Below are positions 13,600-26,336 of a stretch of DNA of 64,000 bases, in pieces. The stretch is from Eledone cirrhosa (lineage: Eukaryota). The number at the start of each line of letters is the position of its first letter. Position 1 is the stretch's first letter. Below the pieces are notes generated by a model. It was given only the letters and a program-made list of their open reading frames with translations, searched no databases and was not told the origin of the DNA. The stretch is from the NCBI GenBank assembly GCA_964016885.1, contig OZ024743.1:16678001-16742000 (forward strand). The letters are read 5' to 3'. The translations under genes and the position numbers were made by a program.

Positions 13600-14950
13600 A
13601 AACATTAAGAAAATATCACCATCAACACTACATCAGCTCTTCAATCACTGACGAGGAAACCTCATTACCGACATTACTATTACAATAAGATCCATGACTA
13701 ACACATACATCCACAAAAAAATAGTACCAACACCAATACCACCACCAAGAGCAATAGCAGCAGCCGCAACTCTGCCACCATCAACAAATACAACAAAAAC
13801 ACCAAAACAGTCATCGCTATTTCCAGCGTGACCACTACCATCAACACCAATATAAACAGAGTTAAGACTTGCAACGCACAATACATCATACAAGGCAGCA
13901 TTGCCACTACAAATGTTAATACAATGAACATCACCAACATGACAATTGGCACTCATATGCATGCATAAATATTGCAGAATGATTTTAAAAAAAAACTTAC
14001 GATTGATACCTATACCTATCACAAAAGAGAACGAAATATAATGTCGACATTGAACCAAAAATTATACATATTAAAGATAGTAACTATAGAATTAAAGACA
14101 TTTGCTCCTCTAAAAAAAATATATACTATTACTATTCATACGAACACTGAAATTAAAAGCACCGCCAGCTATAGCAAGACTAATAACAACAATATAAACG
14201 CCAGAATTAAGTCAAAACCATTTCATACAATAGCACTACTAACAGCAGCACAATTACAAACACCAACGCTAAATATTGACATCCACACCATAACATCAGC
14301 AACCGCACAACTAATAACATCTCCCAATCAACACATTGCACAATTTCTATCACAAACAAACACGAACACAACCACATTAATCAAAGAAATATTATTAACC
14401 CACTCAGCCCAATCAATAACAAAATTCCATCTTCAAACATTAAACAAACATCACCATGAACACTGTCACACTGCACTAATATAATCGCACACGGACCACC
14501 ACTACAAACAGCAATATATATATATATTAATATTAAGAATTGTATAAACTGTAACTATAATTGTAATGGAAATACAATAGTATTTATAGGATCGGTAATA
14601 TCAAGAATATCATATAGCAGCTGGAGCAATATCATAAATAATTCTAGTTACAAACATACAGTAATGTTCGCTATAATCATAATAGCCATACACAGCTGGA
14701 CAACCACCACCACTACCACCAACGCCACTTCAACACTACGGCAATCACCACCATCACCATAATGAACATCATCTTCTACATCATCAACATCATTATCATC
14801 ACGCTTGTCGCAACAGCAGCAATAATTTCCGCTACAATCTGACAAACCACTACGGCCGACATCGATATATTCATCAATATTATCAATAAAAAACACTATA
14901 AACACAGTAATAAAAGCAACAACAGCTATAACAGCAACAGCAACAATACA
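13600..14950. repeat. degenerate (AAC/CAC/CAT/CAG)n low-complexity tract
   Basis: Long A/C-rich decayed trinucleotide repeats; ORFs are compositionally biased. Confidence 0.65.
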
Positions 14951-15279
14951 TCTTTTGTTTTACTTTTAAGAAAGTACTATTTTATTTTACAAAACTGTTT
15001 ATAAAAGAACAAATCACACTGTTAAACATTTGCAACTTTTGCGTTGACAGCAACTTCAGGCAATGAGCAAAACTCTCTGTAAGAAACGATGGCCACAGCA
15101 TCTGATCCTATCTTGAATTATCACTGCCGGCCTATCTCTCCTCCAACTCCTCCAGCCACAGTTTCATCAAACATATCCTCCGCTAGACGACAGAAACTGG
15201 CCCGGCTCGGGAACGTAAGTCAACTCTGGCTGATTGGACCTACAAAGGCCTTCCTTCACCCCAATATTCCGATGTCCAA

Positions 15280-15378
15280 CTTAACTGGGCGGATCAAATC
15301 TATCTCGAAACAACACCACAAACGCCTCACAAAATTTGACATCGAAACCAAAGAGTGGAAGATAGTTTTATTCAGTGC
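15280..15378 (+). mobile_element. possible Tc1 transposase remnant
   Basis: KQHHKRLTKF...EWKIVLFS resembles Tc1 H...RL.FA...W..VLFSDE. Confidence 0.3.
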
Positions 15379-15394
15379 CTTCCTCATCAAACGG

Positions 15395-18044
15395 TACCAT
15401 TCTTGATGCAGAGTACCCTATCTAAACACGATCTGGATGACACGATGCGGTTTGACCATGTCCACATTGGCAGATTCGAATAATCCAGTATATACCTGTC
15501 AGACGTTTCAAAACATTTGTGCAGGTTGCTGAGGCTTTTACACCCTCCTGCCCTGTCTCCTAGTCACACATAATCCCAGCGTGCATCTAAGATACGGCTC
15601 CAGTCGCCGATTAACACTAAAGATCGGGACGTTCCAAGAAAGGTCTCTAGACGTTTGAAGAAATCTGGCCGTCCTGCCCCTGTTGGGGCGTAGACGGCTA
15701 CTAGGCTAAAAGCATTTGCTTCGCAGCCGGTCACGTCCAGCACCACCGATTTACCTTCTGGGTCCAGGAAGATGGCCCGTATGGCGAGATCCAACCTCTC
15801 CGAAAAAAAAACAGCATATCCCTCCCCCCTCCTGGACGGCTGGGAGATGCGTATATGTAGCCGCCGAATATCGGTGCGAAGGCTCGTGCTTCGGAGATTC
15901 TGCTCTCGCTGATGGCCACCACACCTATGTTTAGTGACCTGATATCGTTGAGCATGTGACCCTGCTTCCAAGATGATCCCAGGCCACGTGCATTTATACT
16001 GATTATTCTAAGTACGGCCATTTTGGATGAGAAACGGGGTAAGTGAGAAATGATCATTTACTTTGATCGTTTGGGGAATGGACAGTAGAATCGTCCCTTT
16101 GGCTGGTTAGGGGTGTTTCCAAGATGATGCCGGTGTATATCCTTTTGGTAACTGACCATCTGAAGTCTCCAACTGCTTTGGGGAAGTTTTCTTTTAAAAG
16201 TTTATAATGTTCTATTTTAATTTCAATGATGTTTATATTTTTCGGGAGAGTTCTTGGTTCTGATGGGGTGTAGTAATTTTTTTCTGTGATGTCTGTGTGC
16301 TGCTTTATATGTTGTAGGAGTTCCTTGTTTGTGATGTTTATGGCTGTGTACTTTTTTCGGAGAGGGGTGGTTTTGTTGCTGTTTTCTTGTTGCTGTTGGG
16401 TGTGTGTGCTTTGTTGTGTTTGCGATGTTGGTGTTTTTGGTTATACTGGTGGTGGCGTGGTTGTTTTTGGTGGTGATGCTTGTGGTGGTAATGTTGATGG
16501 TGGTGGTGTTGCTGCAAGTCTCCTTGCAACCTTTACCCTTCTTTGTTTGCCTTCTCTTCTGGAGGGTGAATCTAAGGGATTTTTTTCGTTTTTTGCTTTT
16601 ATGGCAGACCGTTTGCCACTTCACTCCCGCCTCATTCTCCTTGTCGGATTCCGTGGCTACTGGGAAGGGTCTGAGCTCCACTGCTGTTGGTGGTGGTAGT
16701 GGAGTCCGCCCCGGTGATTTCGTTCTCCGTGGCCTTGGTATGGGTGCCATGGACGTAACCCTCCTACACAGCTTGGAAGGGAATTCTGCCTCTGTTGCCT
16801 ACCCTGCTCTTGGTGGCAGCGGATCAGGCGTTGGAAGGAGGTGTCCCTTTTCTTGGCTGTCTTCTGCGAGGAGAGATAGCACTTTGCGCGCCTTCTTTAT
16901 AGGGAGTTGGAGTCCTTCCTCGAGGTCTATGATATAAGGGATGGCCTCGATGCACTCCTAGTCAGTTTGTATTAGCATTTGCATCCCTATTCCTGACCAG
17001 TTCTATTTTCCATTTCTCTGTATTTGCAGTATGGTGGTCTTCTCCTCGAGTCCAGCAAGTACAGACGCGGCCAGCCAAGGTATGGGCACGTCGGGCGAGC
17101 CTGGGTCACTTTGACTCTCACAATATTTTGCCCGCAGTAGGAGGGCACTAAGACTATCTCCTCAGTCTTTAGGGTTTCCAATGATTGAGACTTCGCCTCT
17201 TGGGGGTTGGCTAAAAGTACGTCTACTGTGGCGTACTTTTTCCCTCGGGTGATGTGGCTTTTGCGCGCCCAGACGCACCCAAAGGCCTTTGGGATTTGAG
17301 CCTCCCTGGCTCTCCCCACCCGATGTGACATTTGCTTACAGTACGGCAAGTCACCGTGCACAGCTGCTGGTCTTTGAAGAAATCGGGTGGAGGTTTCAGA
17401 GAAACTCTATTGTTATTGTTCGACACCATGGCTCTTGCGACTGCCATCTCATCTCCGTGACTAGTACTGACTCTATATTTCGGGCCACACCTGCGAAAGA
17501 AATGGCCCCTTTTTCAGCGGAACAATTATTGCTGCCGCTACTGCTGCCTACTGGTCTTGTTGTTGTTGCTGTTGCTGTTGCTACAAACGTTGCTGTTGGT
17601 GTTGTTGCTGTTATCACTGTTGTAGATGGTTGTGTTTTTGGTTCCACCATTGTTTTGTTTTCGGTGTCTGTACTTTGGTTTTCGCTGTTATTGTTGTAGT
17701 TGGTGTCGTACTTTTTTAAAAAATTTAGTGTTCTCAGTGTTGTTTTTTTTTTCACGTTGTTTGTGGTGGTGTTTGTTGTATCAATGTTTGTAACCTCCTC
17801 TCAACTTTTACGCCGTTGTCACACGCCAGCCGACATATTGCTGGAAGGCGTGGGTCGGCCATGTTTTTTTTTTGAAATTTTTAAAAGTAAAATGTTCAAA
17901 TAATTGGGCCAAAAGGCCAAATATTATACTTTCCCCTTCATAGGGAAAATTCCAAGGCTTATATCCCTTAAAAAATTAACAACAATTAATTAAGGTAAAT
18001 AAAGCGATTTAGTGGGAGCGAGCAAAAAGACGTCCGAACAGACC
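15395..18044 (-). mobile_element. Tx1/L1-clade LINE copy 1: 5' UTR, broken ORF1, APE endonuclease; 3'-truncated
   Basis: MAVLRIISINARGLG, AISESRI, LVAVYAP, LIGDW, WTWSN, SSRSCLDR; 5' UTR similar to 26010-26168. Confidence 0.9.
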
Positions 18045-18239
18045 AATAATAATAATAATAATTGTTTCTACTTTGGGCACAAGGCCAGCAAATAACCAGT
18101 GCATTACTGTTACTTTATTTTATCGACCACGTAAGGATGAAAGGCAAAGTCAACCTCGACGGGATTTGAACTCAGATCGTAAAGGGACGCAACTATGCTG
18201 GAAAGCATGGCGTCCGACTCCCTACTGATACTGCCAATA
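18045..18239 (-). mobile_element. SINE, slightly 5'-truncated, with (TTA)n tail abutting LINE copy 1
   Basis: Same family as 2906-3122. Confidence 0.9.
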
Positions 18240-18252
18240 TAATAATAATAAT

Positions 18253-20278
18253 CAAGGGTAATGATGTTACCAACTATAGACCTATCACATGTCTGTCCGT
18301 AATATGGAAACTGTTGACAAGCATTATGTCTGAGGAAATCTACCATCACCTCCACACAAACAACTTGTTACCGGACGAACAGAAAGAATGCCGAAATAAG
18401 TCCCGTGGTACAAAGGACCAGTTACTTATTGATAAGATGGTAATGAGGAATTGCAAAAGGAGTCACACTGGTCTTGCCATGGGATGGATAGACTACAAAA
18501 AGGCATTTGACATGGTGCCTCATTCTTGGATCACCAAAAGCCTAGAGATCTTCAAGGTGGCAGATAACATCAGACAGTTTTTGGGCAAAAGTATGAAGTC
18601 CTGGAAAACAGAGTTAACATCAGCTGAAGAATCCTTTGGAGGCTTGAAAATCAAGAGAGGTATCTTCCAGGGGCATACTCTTTCCCCTCTGTTGTTTCTC
18701 CTTGCCCTGATGCCCCTGACCATTATACTGCGAAAAGTGAGAGCAGGATACGAGTTGGGAAAGGGAGAGCTTACCATCAATCACCGCCTCTTCATGGACG
18801 ATCTTAAGCTCTTCAGGAACAGTGATAAGGAGTTGGATGTGCTTGTTGACACTGTCAGTATTTTCAGCATTGATATATGTATGCAATTTGGTATTAGTAA
18901 GTGTAGAGTCCTTGTGATGAAGAGGGGTAAATTGAGCAGAAGCAACGGAATCCAGGTACCAACAGGTGAGATGATAAAGGAAATTGACACTGAAGTAGGA
19001 TACAAGTATTTGGGTGTTCTGGAGGCTGATAACATCAAGAACAAAAAGAAATGAAGGAATTGATAAGATCTGAATACATTCATAGAGTAAGGAGCCTATT
19101 AAAGTCACATCTGAACAGTAGGAATGCCATAAGTGCAGTAAATTTCCGAGCTGTGTCTATTATTAGGTACAGTGCGGGAATTCTGAGATGGAATGTTACT
19201 GAACAAAAAGAAATGTATAGGAAGACTAGGAAGCTATTGACTATCTACAACATGTTCCACAAGAGGAGTGATGTCGATAGATTCTACTTAAGTAGATCTG
19301 AAGGGGGAAGAGGTCTTATCAGCATAGAGGACTGTGTTCAGATGGAGACAAATAACCTACACAAATACATGACTGATAGTAAGGAGCCAATGCTCAAAAT
19401 TGTACTGAAGGAGTGGGCAATAGAGCAGGGGATGTCCAAGGAGGAAATAACAACAAGGATAAAGAGCAGCCTTCATGAAAAATCCCTTCATAGTACCTTC
19501 TTTGAGAAAACTGAATTCAGAGATCCACAGACATGGAACTGGTTGAAAAGAGGAGACCTTAAAAAGGCTACAGAAGGAATGATATTGGCTGCGCAAAACG
19601 AAGTGGTTGAAACACCACATTTACAAGGAGGAGGCTAGCCCACTGTGCAGAATCTGTGGAGAAAGAGAGGAGACTGTGGCTCACATTGTATCCGAGTGTA
19701 AACACCTAGCCCAGACCCACTATAATGGCTGGAGACATGATGTGATGGGCAGGGTGATCCACTGGCACCTGTGCAAAGTAAACAATTTACCACATTCTGA
19801 GAATTTGTATGAGCATAAGCCAGATGCGGTGATGGAGAACGATCAGGTGAAGGTGCTGTGGGATTTTAGGATACAGACGGACAAGAAACTGTAACACAAT
19901 ATACCTGACCTGGTGGTTTTGGACAAGGAAAAAAGATTGTGCCTGATTGTGGATGTGGCCTGCCCATTCGACTTGAGAGTGCAAGAGGAGGAGAGGGAGA
20001 AAATTAACCGATACCAGGACTTAAAGTGGGAGGTAAAAAGGATATGGAACTGCCATGAAGTCAAAGTGGTCCCGATTGTCATAGGCGCACAAGGTACTAT
20101 CTCAAAAGGTTTCCAGTGATGGTTAAAGAAAATTGGCCCCACCACGCTTTTTGGAACGCTTCAAAAGGCATGCTTGCTGGGAACAGCTAGAACCCTCCGA
20201 TACGTCCTGAATATCTGAGGCTGCAGGTAGTGGCTTGATATTCAGTTAACTAACATAAATGACTGAGACTCAAAGAAC
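18253..20278 (+). mobile_element. R4/Dong-clade non-LTR retrotransposon (5'-truncated; RT, CCHC, RLE) inserted in (TAA)n
   Basis: [53 protein letters not shown]...ETVAHIVSEC, RHD, PDLVV..IVDVACP..K..RY, QKACLLGTAR; (TAA)n on both flanks; frameshifts and stops. Confidence 0.9.
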
Positions 20279-20559
20279 AATAATAATAATAATGATTTCA
20301 TTTATTGGCCACAAGGGCCGACATATAGGGGACAATACAAAAGACTGGGACAGTGGGGTTTTACAGAAAAAAAGAGTAAACAATATGAATAACAATAACA
20401 AAGAAACAATAACAAAGTAACAATAAAGTAACAATAAAATTACAACAAGAAAAAATTCCCCAATAGGGGGTATGACCACCTAGAGTTCGCTCAGGTACAC
20501 CACCAGTCTTGAACGACCCGGCGCTTCGAGAGCACCCTGGAAGGGCACCCATCTCCTCT

Positions 20560-23500
20560 CAAATTTACCTACCTACAGCCGCATGACCAGATTAGGCCCA
20601 CTCACACGGGCCATTCTCGCCACATTCACCCACCTTTCAGCAAATGTACTGGGGGGCAGCACTTCTCTCTCCACCCTCACCTTCTTTACGAAGTGAAACT
20701 TGAAAAAGTTGATGAGGGATTGGCCGAAGAGAATAGTGTCTGTCGTCAGTCCTTTGAACCTCGTCCACCATACAACCTATTTCGCTACTGCCACCAGACA
20801 GAGGAAACTTGCCTGCCATTCCTGGCCAAAAGAAGGCGGCGGGTCGATCTTCACTATGGTCTCGGCCGATAGCCGGATCCGTTCTACACGCGACAACAGC
20901 TGTTCAACATAACTCCACAGGTCACTATTGCACGGACACTGGACAAGTGAGTGCAGAACTGTTTCGTCGCTCTGCGCACATGTCGGGCAGATCCGTTTGA
21001 CAGCACTTCTGTGCCTGTAGAGTTTATCTCGAACTGGCAGTGCCCCCCCGGTAGCACTACCAAGCGAGCAATTTTTGGAAATTATCCATCGTCCCTGGCT
21101 TGAAAGTCCTCCGGTACAGCCTGGTTAGTTCGACTTCGATGACACCCAGAGCCCCTCCGAGTGCGCCGTCGAACTTGCCCACTACTAATCCTATATAGAA
21201 CTCAAGAGTGGAGGTTCCACTGATCGCATTGCCCGCCTGGTAGAGGGCAGTGAGTACCTGGCAACATTCCAGATGCCAGTCACCCAGTCTCGGTCTCTTC
21301 TTGAGCCAGGACTGCAGCTCAGTCAAAGAAACGAGCTGCGGAAAGGCCCGTCTGAATAACGGCGACCACACCTGTTCACTGTTTAGGCAGAATATCTGGA
21401 GATGCCGCAGCCTCAGCGCGTGTCTGCGCATCATTAGCCACGGCATGCCCAGCCCTCCACGTAGAGGGTGCTGGCAGCAGATGCACGGCCTCACCAGCGG
21501 AATCTGACACCTCCACAAGAATTGAAGAGGAGCCGCTCCAAGATGGCGAGGCGCAAACAGGGACAAGGGACGACGGTCATACGGTAGTAGATGACGGACG
21601 CGATGTACGCGTTCACCACCTCCGCCCGACCTTTCAGTGATAGCTTCATGCCAGCCCATTTCTGTGTGAGACTGGCTACCCTGCCGTAACCTCGTCCCAA
21701 TTCTTATCCACCTGGAGGTCTGGCTCGAACCAAATCCCTAGCAACTTTACCGGTCCGTCCGTCCAGCGCCTAACAACGCTGTTGGACGGCATGGACTTGC
21801 CTCTCCAGGTGCCGAGTTGCAATCCCACCGACTTTTCCGGGTTAAGTTTTGCTCCCGTCAACCTTTCATATTCCTCCAATAAGTTGCCAACCACCTCGAT
21901 TTCTGAGGTGTCCGACACCATCACGGTGATGTCGTCCGTATAAGCCGACACAGCCTTTCCGCGTGCCGGTTTCGAGCGGGATGCCCTGCAACAGCTCCAG
22001 CTTCCGCAGTAAAGGCTCGAGAGTCAATACGTACAGAAGGGAGGAGAGAGGGCACCCTTGACAGACCGATCGGGAGACCTGATACGGTTCTGAGAGGTGG
22101 CCATTAATTTTGAACATCGAGCAGGTGCCGCTGTGCATTGCAGCGAACCAGCTTCTGAAGACGGGGCCGAAGACAGCCGCCTCGTGGACAGCCTCCAGGT
22201 ATCGATGGTCGAGCCTATCGAATGCTTTCAATTGATCTAAATTGATCAGAGCCCCAGCGAAGCCAGGTTTATACCTTACTCTCTCTATGATATATCGCAT
22301 TAGGTGGAGGTTATCGTGTATGGACCTGGTTGGGATGGCGCAAGTTTGCGCCTCCCTAACCAAATCCCCGACGACAAGCGCCAACCTCTTCACTAACACC
22401 CTGGCCAAAATCTTAAACTCTTTGTTGAGCAGAGTTATGTGCCTCAAATTGTCTAATGTGTCCCTCTTGTTCTCGTCTTTCCTTATCAGCGTCACTACGC
22501 CCCGGCTCAAAGAACTGGAAATACTCCCGTTTTGCTGCCAGTTGCAGTAGAGGGCTTCGAGGAGATTGTAGATCAAGTCTGGCATATTTACGTAAAGCTC
22601 GTAGGGCAGACCATCCAAAGCGGGTGACTTGCGCCTCATGCAGCCGACAAGGGCATCCTGAATCTCGGCTGAAGTAATTGGCCTTTCGCAGCGCCCAGCG
22701 TCAGCCGTTGAGAGTTGCGGCAAGCCATCGAGGTAGGAACTGAAGACCGCCACTATCTATGACCCGAATAACCGAGCAAAATTTTGGCGAAAGGCCTCAC
22801 GCGTCCTCTTGGAATCGCCCACCGCGTGCCCGTCTCGGTCCGTCAAAGACCGAATCGTGGATTTATTACCACGCTGCGCCTCTGCCACGCGGGACCATCG
22901 AACAGCTTTGGTTCCCTTTTTTCTCAGAGCACGCGCCTTTGCTCTGACAATGCAACCTTCGTGTTTCGCATTTAAGAAATGGTCTAATGCCATGCTCGCC
23001 GCTAGCACGTCAGTTGCAATGCCACTACCAATAGCCTCGTCTTACTTATCTACCAACTCCCCCTCCTTTCTATTTTTCTCTAACGCTACTTCTTTGCTAA
23101 ACTCTATCGACATTACTCTAATCTCTCTTTTGAGAGCCTCCCCACCATCTATTGTTGACGACTCCCCCTGTAAACATTTTCTTAACTAAATTGTTGACCT
23201 GGTCCCTGTAAGCCTTAAGTGCCGGAAATGACAGGTTTAGCTTCCAGTAACCAGGTCCTAACCTACGCTTCTTATCTAGGTCGACCATACAGATCACAAA
23301 CTTGTGATCTGAATAGGCGACCGTTTCAAAACGTGGAGAGCTTACACTATTTCTGTCTATTTTCCTAATGAATATCCTGTCTATATACGATCTGGATGAC
23401 CCTATGCGGTTAGCCCAGGTCCACACTAGCGCATTAGGGAAATCTAGTCGGTACCTCTCAGACAGTTGGAACTGGCTGATCAGGTTCTTGAGGCTTTTGT

Positions 23501-23984
23501 ACCACCCGCTCCTATCGGATACTCCCACACAGTCCCAGCGTGCGTCTAAGATGCCGTTCCAGTCCCTCGCTAACAGTAAAGGACGAGACGTACCAAGAAA
23601 GGCTTCCAGGGGTTGAAAGAAGTCCGGCTGTCCTGTACCAGTAGGAGCATAGACGGCCACCAGTCTAAAGGCACCACCTTCGTTATTGTTCACGTCCAGA
23701 ACCACCAACTTCCCGTCCAGATCCCGGAAGATCGACCTTACCTCGAGATCCAGGCCTTTCCTAAACAGCACTGCCACCCCGCCCTGCATCCCCGGCCGGC
23801 TAACAGATGCAAAGACCTGATACTCGTCGAAAATGGGGGCAAGTGCGCGCGTGTCGGAAATCATGGTCTTTCTGACGGCAATTACATCCATTTCTATAGA
23901 CCTGAGGTCGTTAAGCAGGTGACCCTGCTTCCAGGACGATCCCAGGCCTCGAACATTTAAACATCCTACTCTTAATACGGCCAT
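20560..23984 (-). pseudogene. LINE ORF2 (APE-RT-zinc knuckle), several frameshifts
   Basis: ORF pieces 23118-23984, 22757-23008, 21866-22753, 21676-21951, 21057-21700. Confidence 0.9.
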
Positions 23985-24017
23985 GTTCGCAGGTTAAAAA
24001 GAGAGAGAGAGGAAGGT

Positions 24018-25876
24018 TTACTTACCTTCCGGGATCTTGTGAAGGTCGGGTCGTTCGACCTCCATAGTTGGTGGGGTTTCTTTTGGAATCCTATTAAAAG
24101 TCTTGAAGTGGGTTTTACGTTCGAGTACCCACGTCCCGAGGAAAGCTGTCTCGTATTTATTTGAATATATCGAGCGGCTTTCGCACCAGAACCAAATCTT
24201 CCGGCACGCGAAATGTGCTCGATTTAAAAATGTCCCCCACCTTTTGTATATTTTCACTTCGTGCTACGAGAGCCATCAGTTCCTTGTTGGCCCTCCTGAC
24301 GAGCACGACGTTTTGTATGTTTTGTTGGTGTGATTTTATTTGTTTGCGTGACTGTGGTGGTGATGGTTTTGGTGGTGTCGTTTCGGTTGTATCTGTGTTT
24401 GTTGTGAGTGCGGTGTTTGTGGTTTCAGATGTTTGTGTGTATATTTGTTCTTGCGTCTGTTTAGGTTGTTTGCGTTTGGGGGATTCAGGTGATGGTGATG
24501 GTGGTGTTGATATTGGTGTTATTGGAGAGATGGTTCCGTCGGTGGTGTCTGCGTTTTTTATTTTGGGTGATTTTGTGCTTGTTGAGTCATTTTTTTTCAT
24601 TTTGTGTTTCCTTTTTTGTATTTTGGGGGATTTTGGTTTTCCCCCATCTTCACTACTGGTAGATGAGGGGTATGTGTCTATGTGTATGTTTATGGTTTTA
24701 TTGGTGTGTGTATTTTTGGGGGGAGGGGGAATTTGACAGCTTTCCTCGTTTCCCCCCTGGGTGGTCAATGTTGGTGGTGGTCTTTCTATTGGTGTTGTTG
24801 TAGGTGGTTTTGCCGGTGCTGGTGTTGGTTGTGGTCCTCGGCCGGCGTCGGCGGCAGTGGAGCCTTTCGACCTCTTGCCTCTTTCAGCAGTTGAGAGCAG
24901 AAGGCTCGCAAATGGGTTTTTCCCCACAAACAAAACACTGCGGCTTTTGCCTTCGGTCATAATGTGAATGACCGTCCCATTCTGAAGGCGGATGTGGTCC
25001 GGTATTGTCTTCACATTCTCGGGCCTGATCTTGAGAAGGATCTCCAGGTCAACCCCGGACCAGTCCTCTCTGGCAGTTCTGGTCACTTCTATAGGGACGG
25101 TATCCGTCCCTTCCACAATCACACATCCCAGAAGCCACCACATGTCAAGTCCTGGTGGGATTCTGGGAATGCGGAGAAGGGCTGTACTTTTTCCCATGTG
25201 GGAGGGGTACATTATAACCTTGCTGGTTTTGCAAGGTGTCATTGCGTGTTTCATAGCGAGGGCTTCTGATTTGAACAACACCGAAATACTGTCTGCCCCT
25301 CTCTATGTATTCGGTGTCTTCTCTGATGCACCTCAGCGCGACATCGACATCTTCTTGTGGGATTAAAGCTGCCCTTTTGGTTTGTGCTGAGATGCATATA
25401 TAATGCACCGTTCTGCGCTCCACTGCCTCAATAGCTTCTACCGGGACAGTTAAGTTGGCCCAGGTTTGCTCTTGCTTGATGAGCTTCCATGCCTGGGCCA
25501 ACTTTACATCTTTGTTTGAGAGGTCCATGTTGAAGCTAGGCCTCTATTTTGCTGCTGCCGCAGCGAAAGTGTTCTTCTTGTTTTCGTTGGGGGTGTTGTG
25601 GTCGTTGTCGTTGTTCTTGTTGGTGTTGTTGTTAGCACTGTCGCTGTTATCATTGTTGTCTTTGTTGCCACCGTTGTTCTCGGTGCAGTTGGTATTGTTG
25701 CTGTTGGTGTTGTCGCTATTTGTTTTCATGTTAGTGGTGTTGATATTGTTGTTGTATTTATTTATTTTTTTTTTGTTATCTGTATTTTTGTTGTCGCTGT
25801 TATTTTCATTTTTTTTCGAAATTAGAGTTCTCATTGGTATCATTGGAGTCTTTGTACACATTGTTTGTGTTATCAA
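24018..25876 (-). pseudogene. LINE ORF1 (N/T-rich N-terminus, P/T/K-rich C-terminus), frameshifted
   Basis: ORF pieces 25544-25876, 25145-25528, 24157-25281 lie directly upstream of ORF2. Confidence 0.75.
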
Positions 25877-26168
25877 TTTGTGTTAATTTCGCTGTAGCGC
25901 TCCTCTCAACTTCCACATCGTTGTCGCACGACAGCAGACATATCACTAAGGGGGGCTCAGTCATGTTTTTTTTTTCTCATTAAATGTTTTACCATGTAAA
26001 AAATTCAAATATTTGGGCCAAAATGCCCAAATATTATACTTTCCCCTTCACAGGGCAAAGTCTAAGGGCTTATATCCCTTACACAACAAGAAATATTTAA
26101 CAACAAATAATTTTAACAGGTAAATAAAGCTACTTACTGGGAGCGAGCAAAATACGTCCGCTTAGACC

Positions 26169-26336
26169 AATAATAATAATAATTGTTTCTACTTTTGGCA
26201 CAAGGCCAGCAAATACCAGTGCATTGCTGGTACTTTATTTTATCGACCTCGTAAGGATGAAAGCCAAAGTTAACCGCGGCGAGATTTGAACACAGAATGT
26301 CAAGGGCCGTAACTCTATGCGTCAAAGCATGGCGCC
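26169..26336 (-). mobile_element. SINE, 5'-truncated, between LINE copies 3 and 2
   Basis: Same family as 2906-3122; lacks the A-box end. Confidence 0.9.

Larger units (their letters stand above)
20279..26168 (-). mobile_element. Tx1/L1-clade LINE copy 2, near full length (about 5.9 kb), inactivated
   Basis: 5' UTR, ORF1 (25876 to about 24020, frameshifted), ORF2 from 23984: APE (NVRGL, YAP, YIDR, YSDH), RT (KSPALDG, DQLKAFD, QGCPLS, AYTDD, LLGI), C-terminal CPTC..ETVLH...C; AATAAA then (TTA)n tail. Confidence 0.95.

Noticed and set aside
13645-14905. ORFs of 85-170 aa
   Set aside because: Decayed trinucleotide low-complexity sequence
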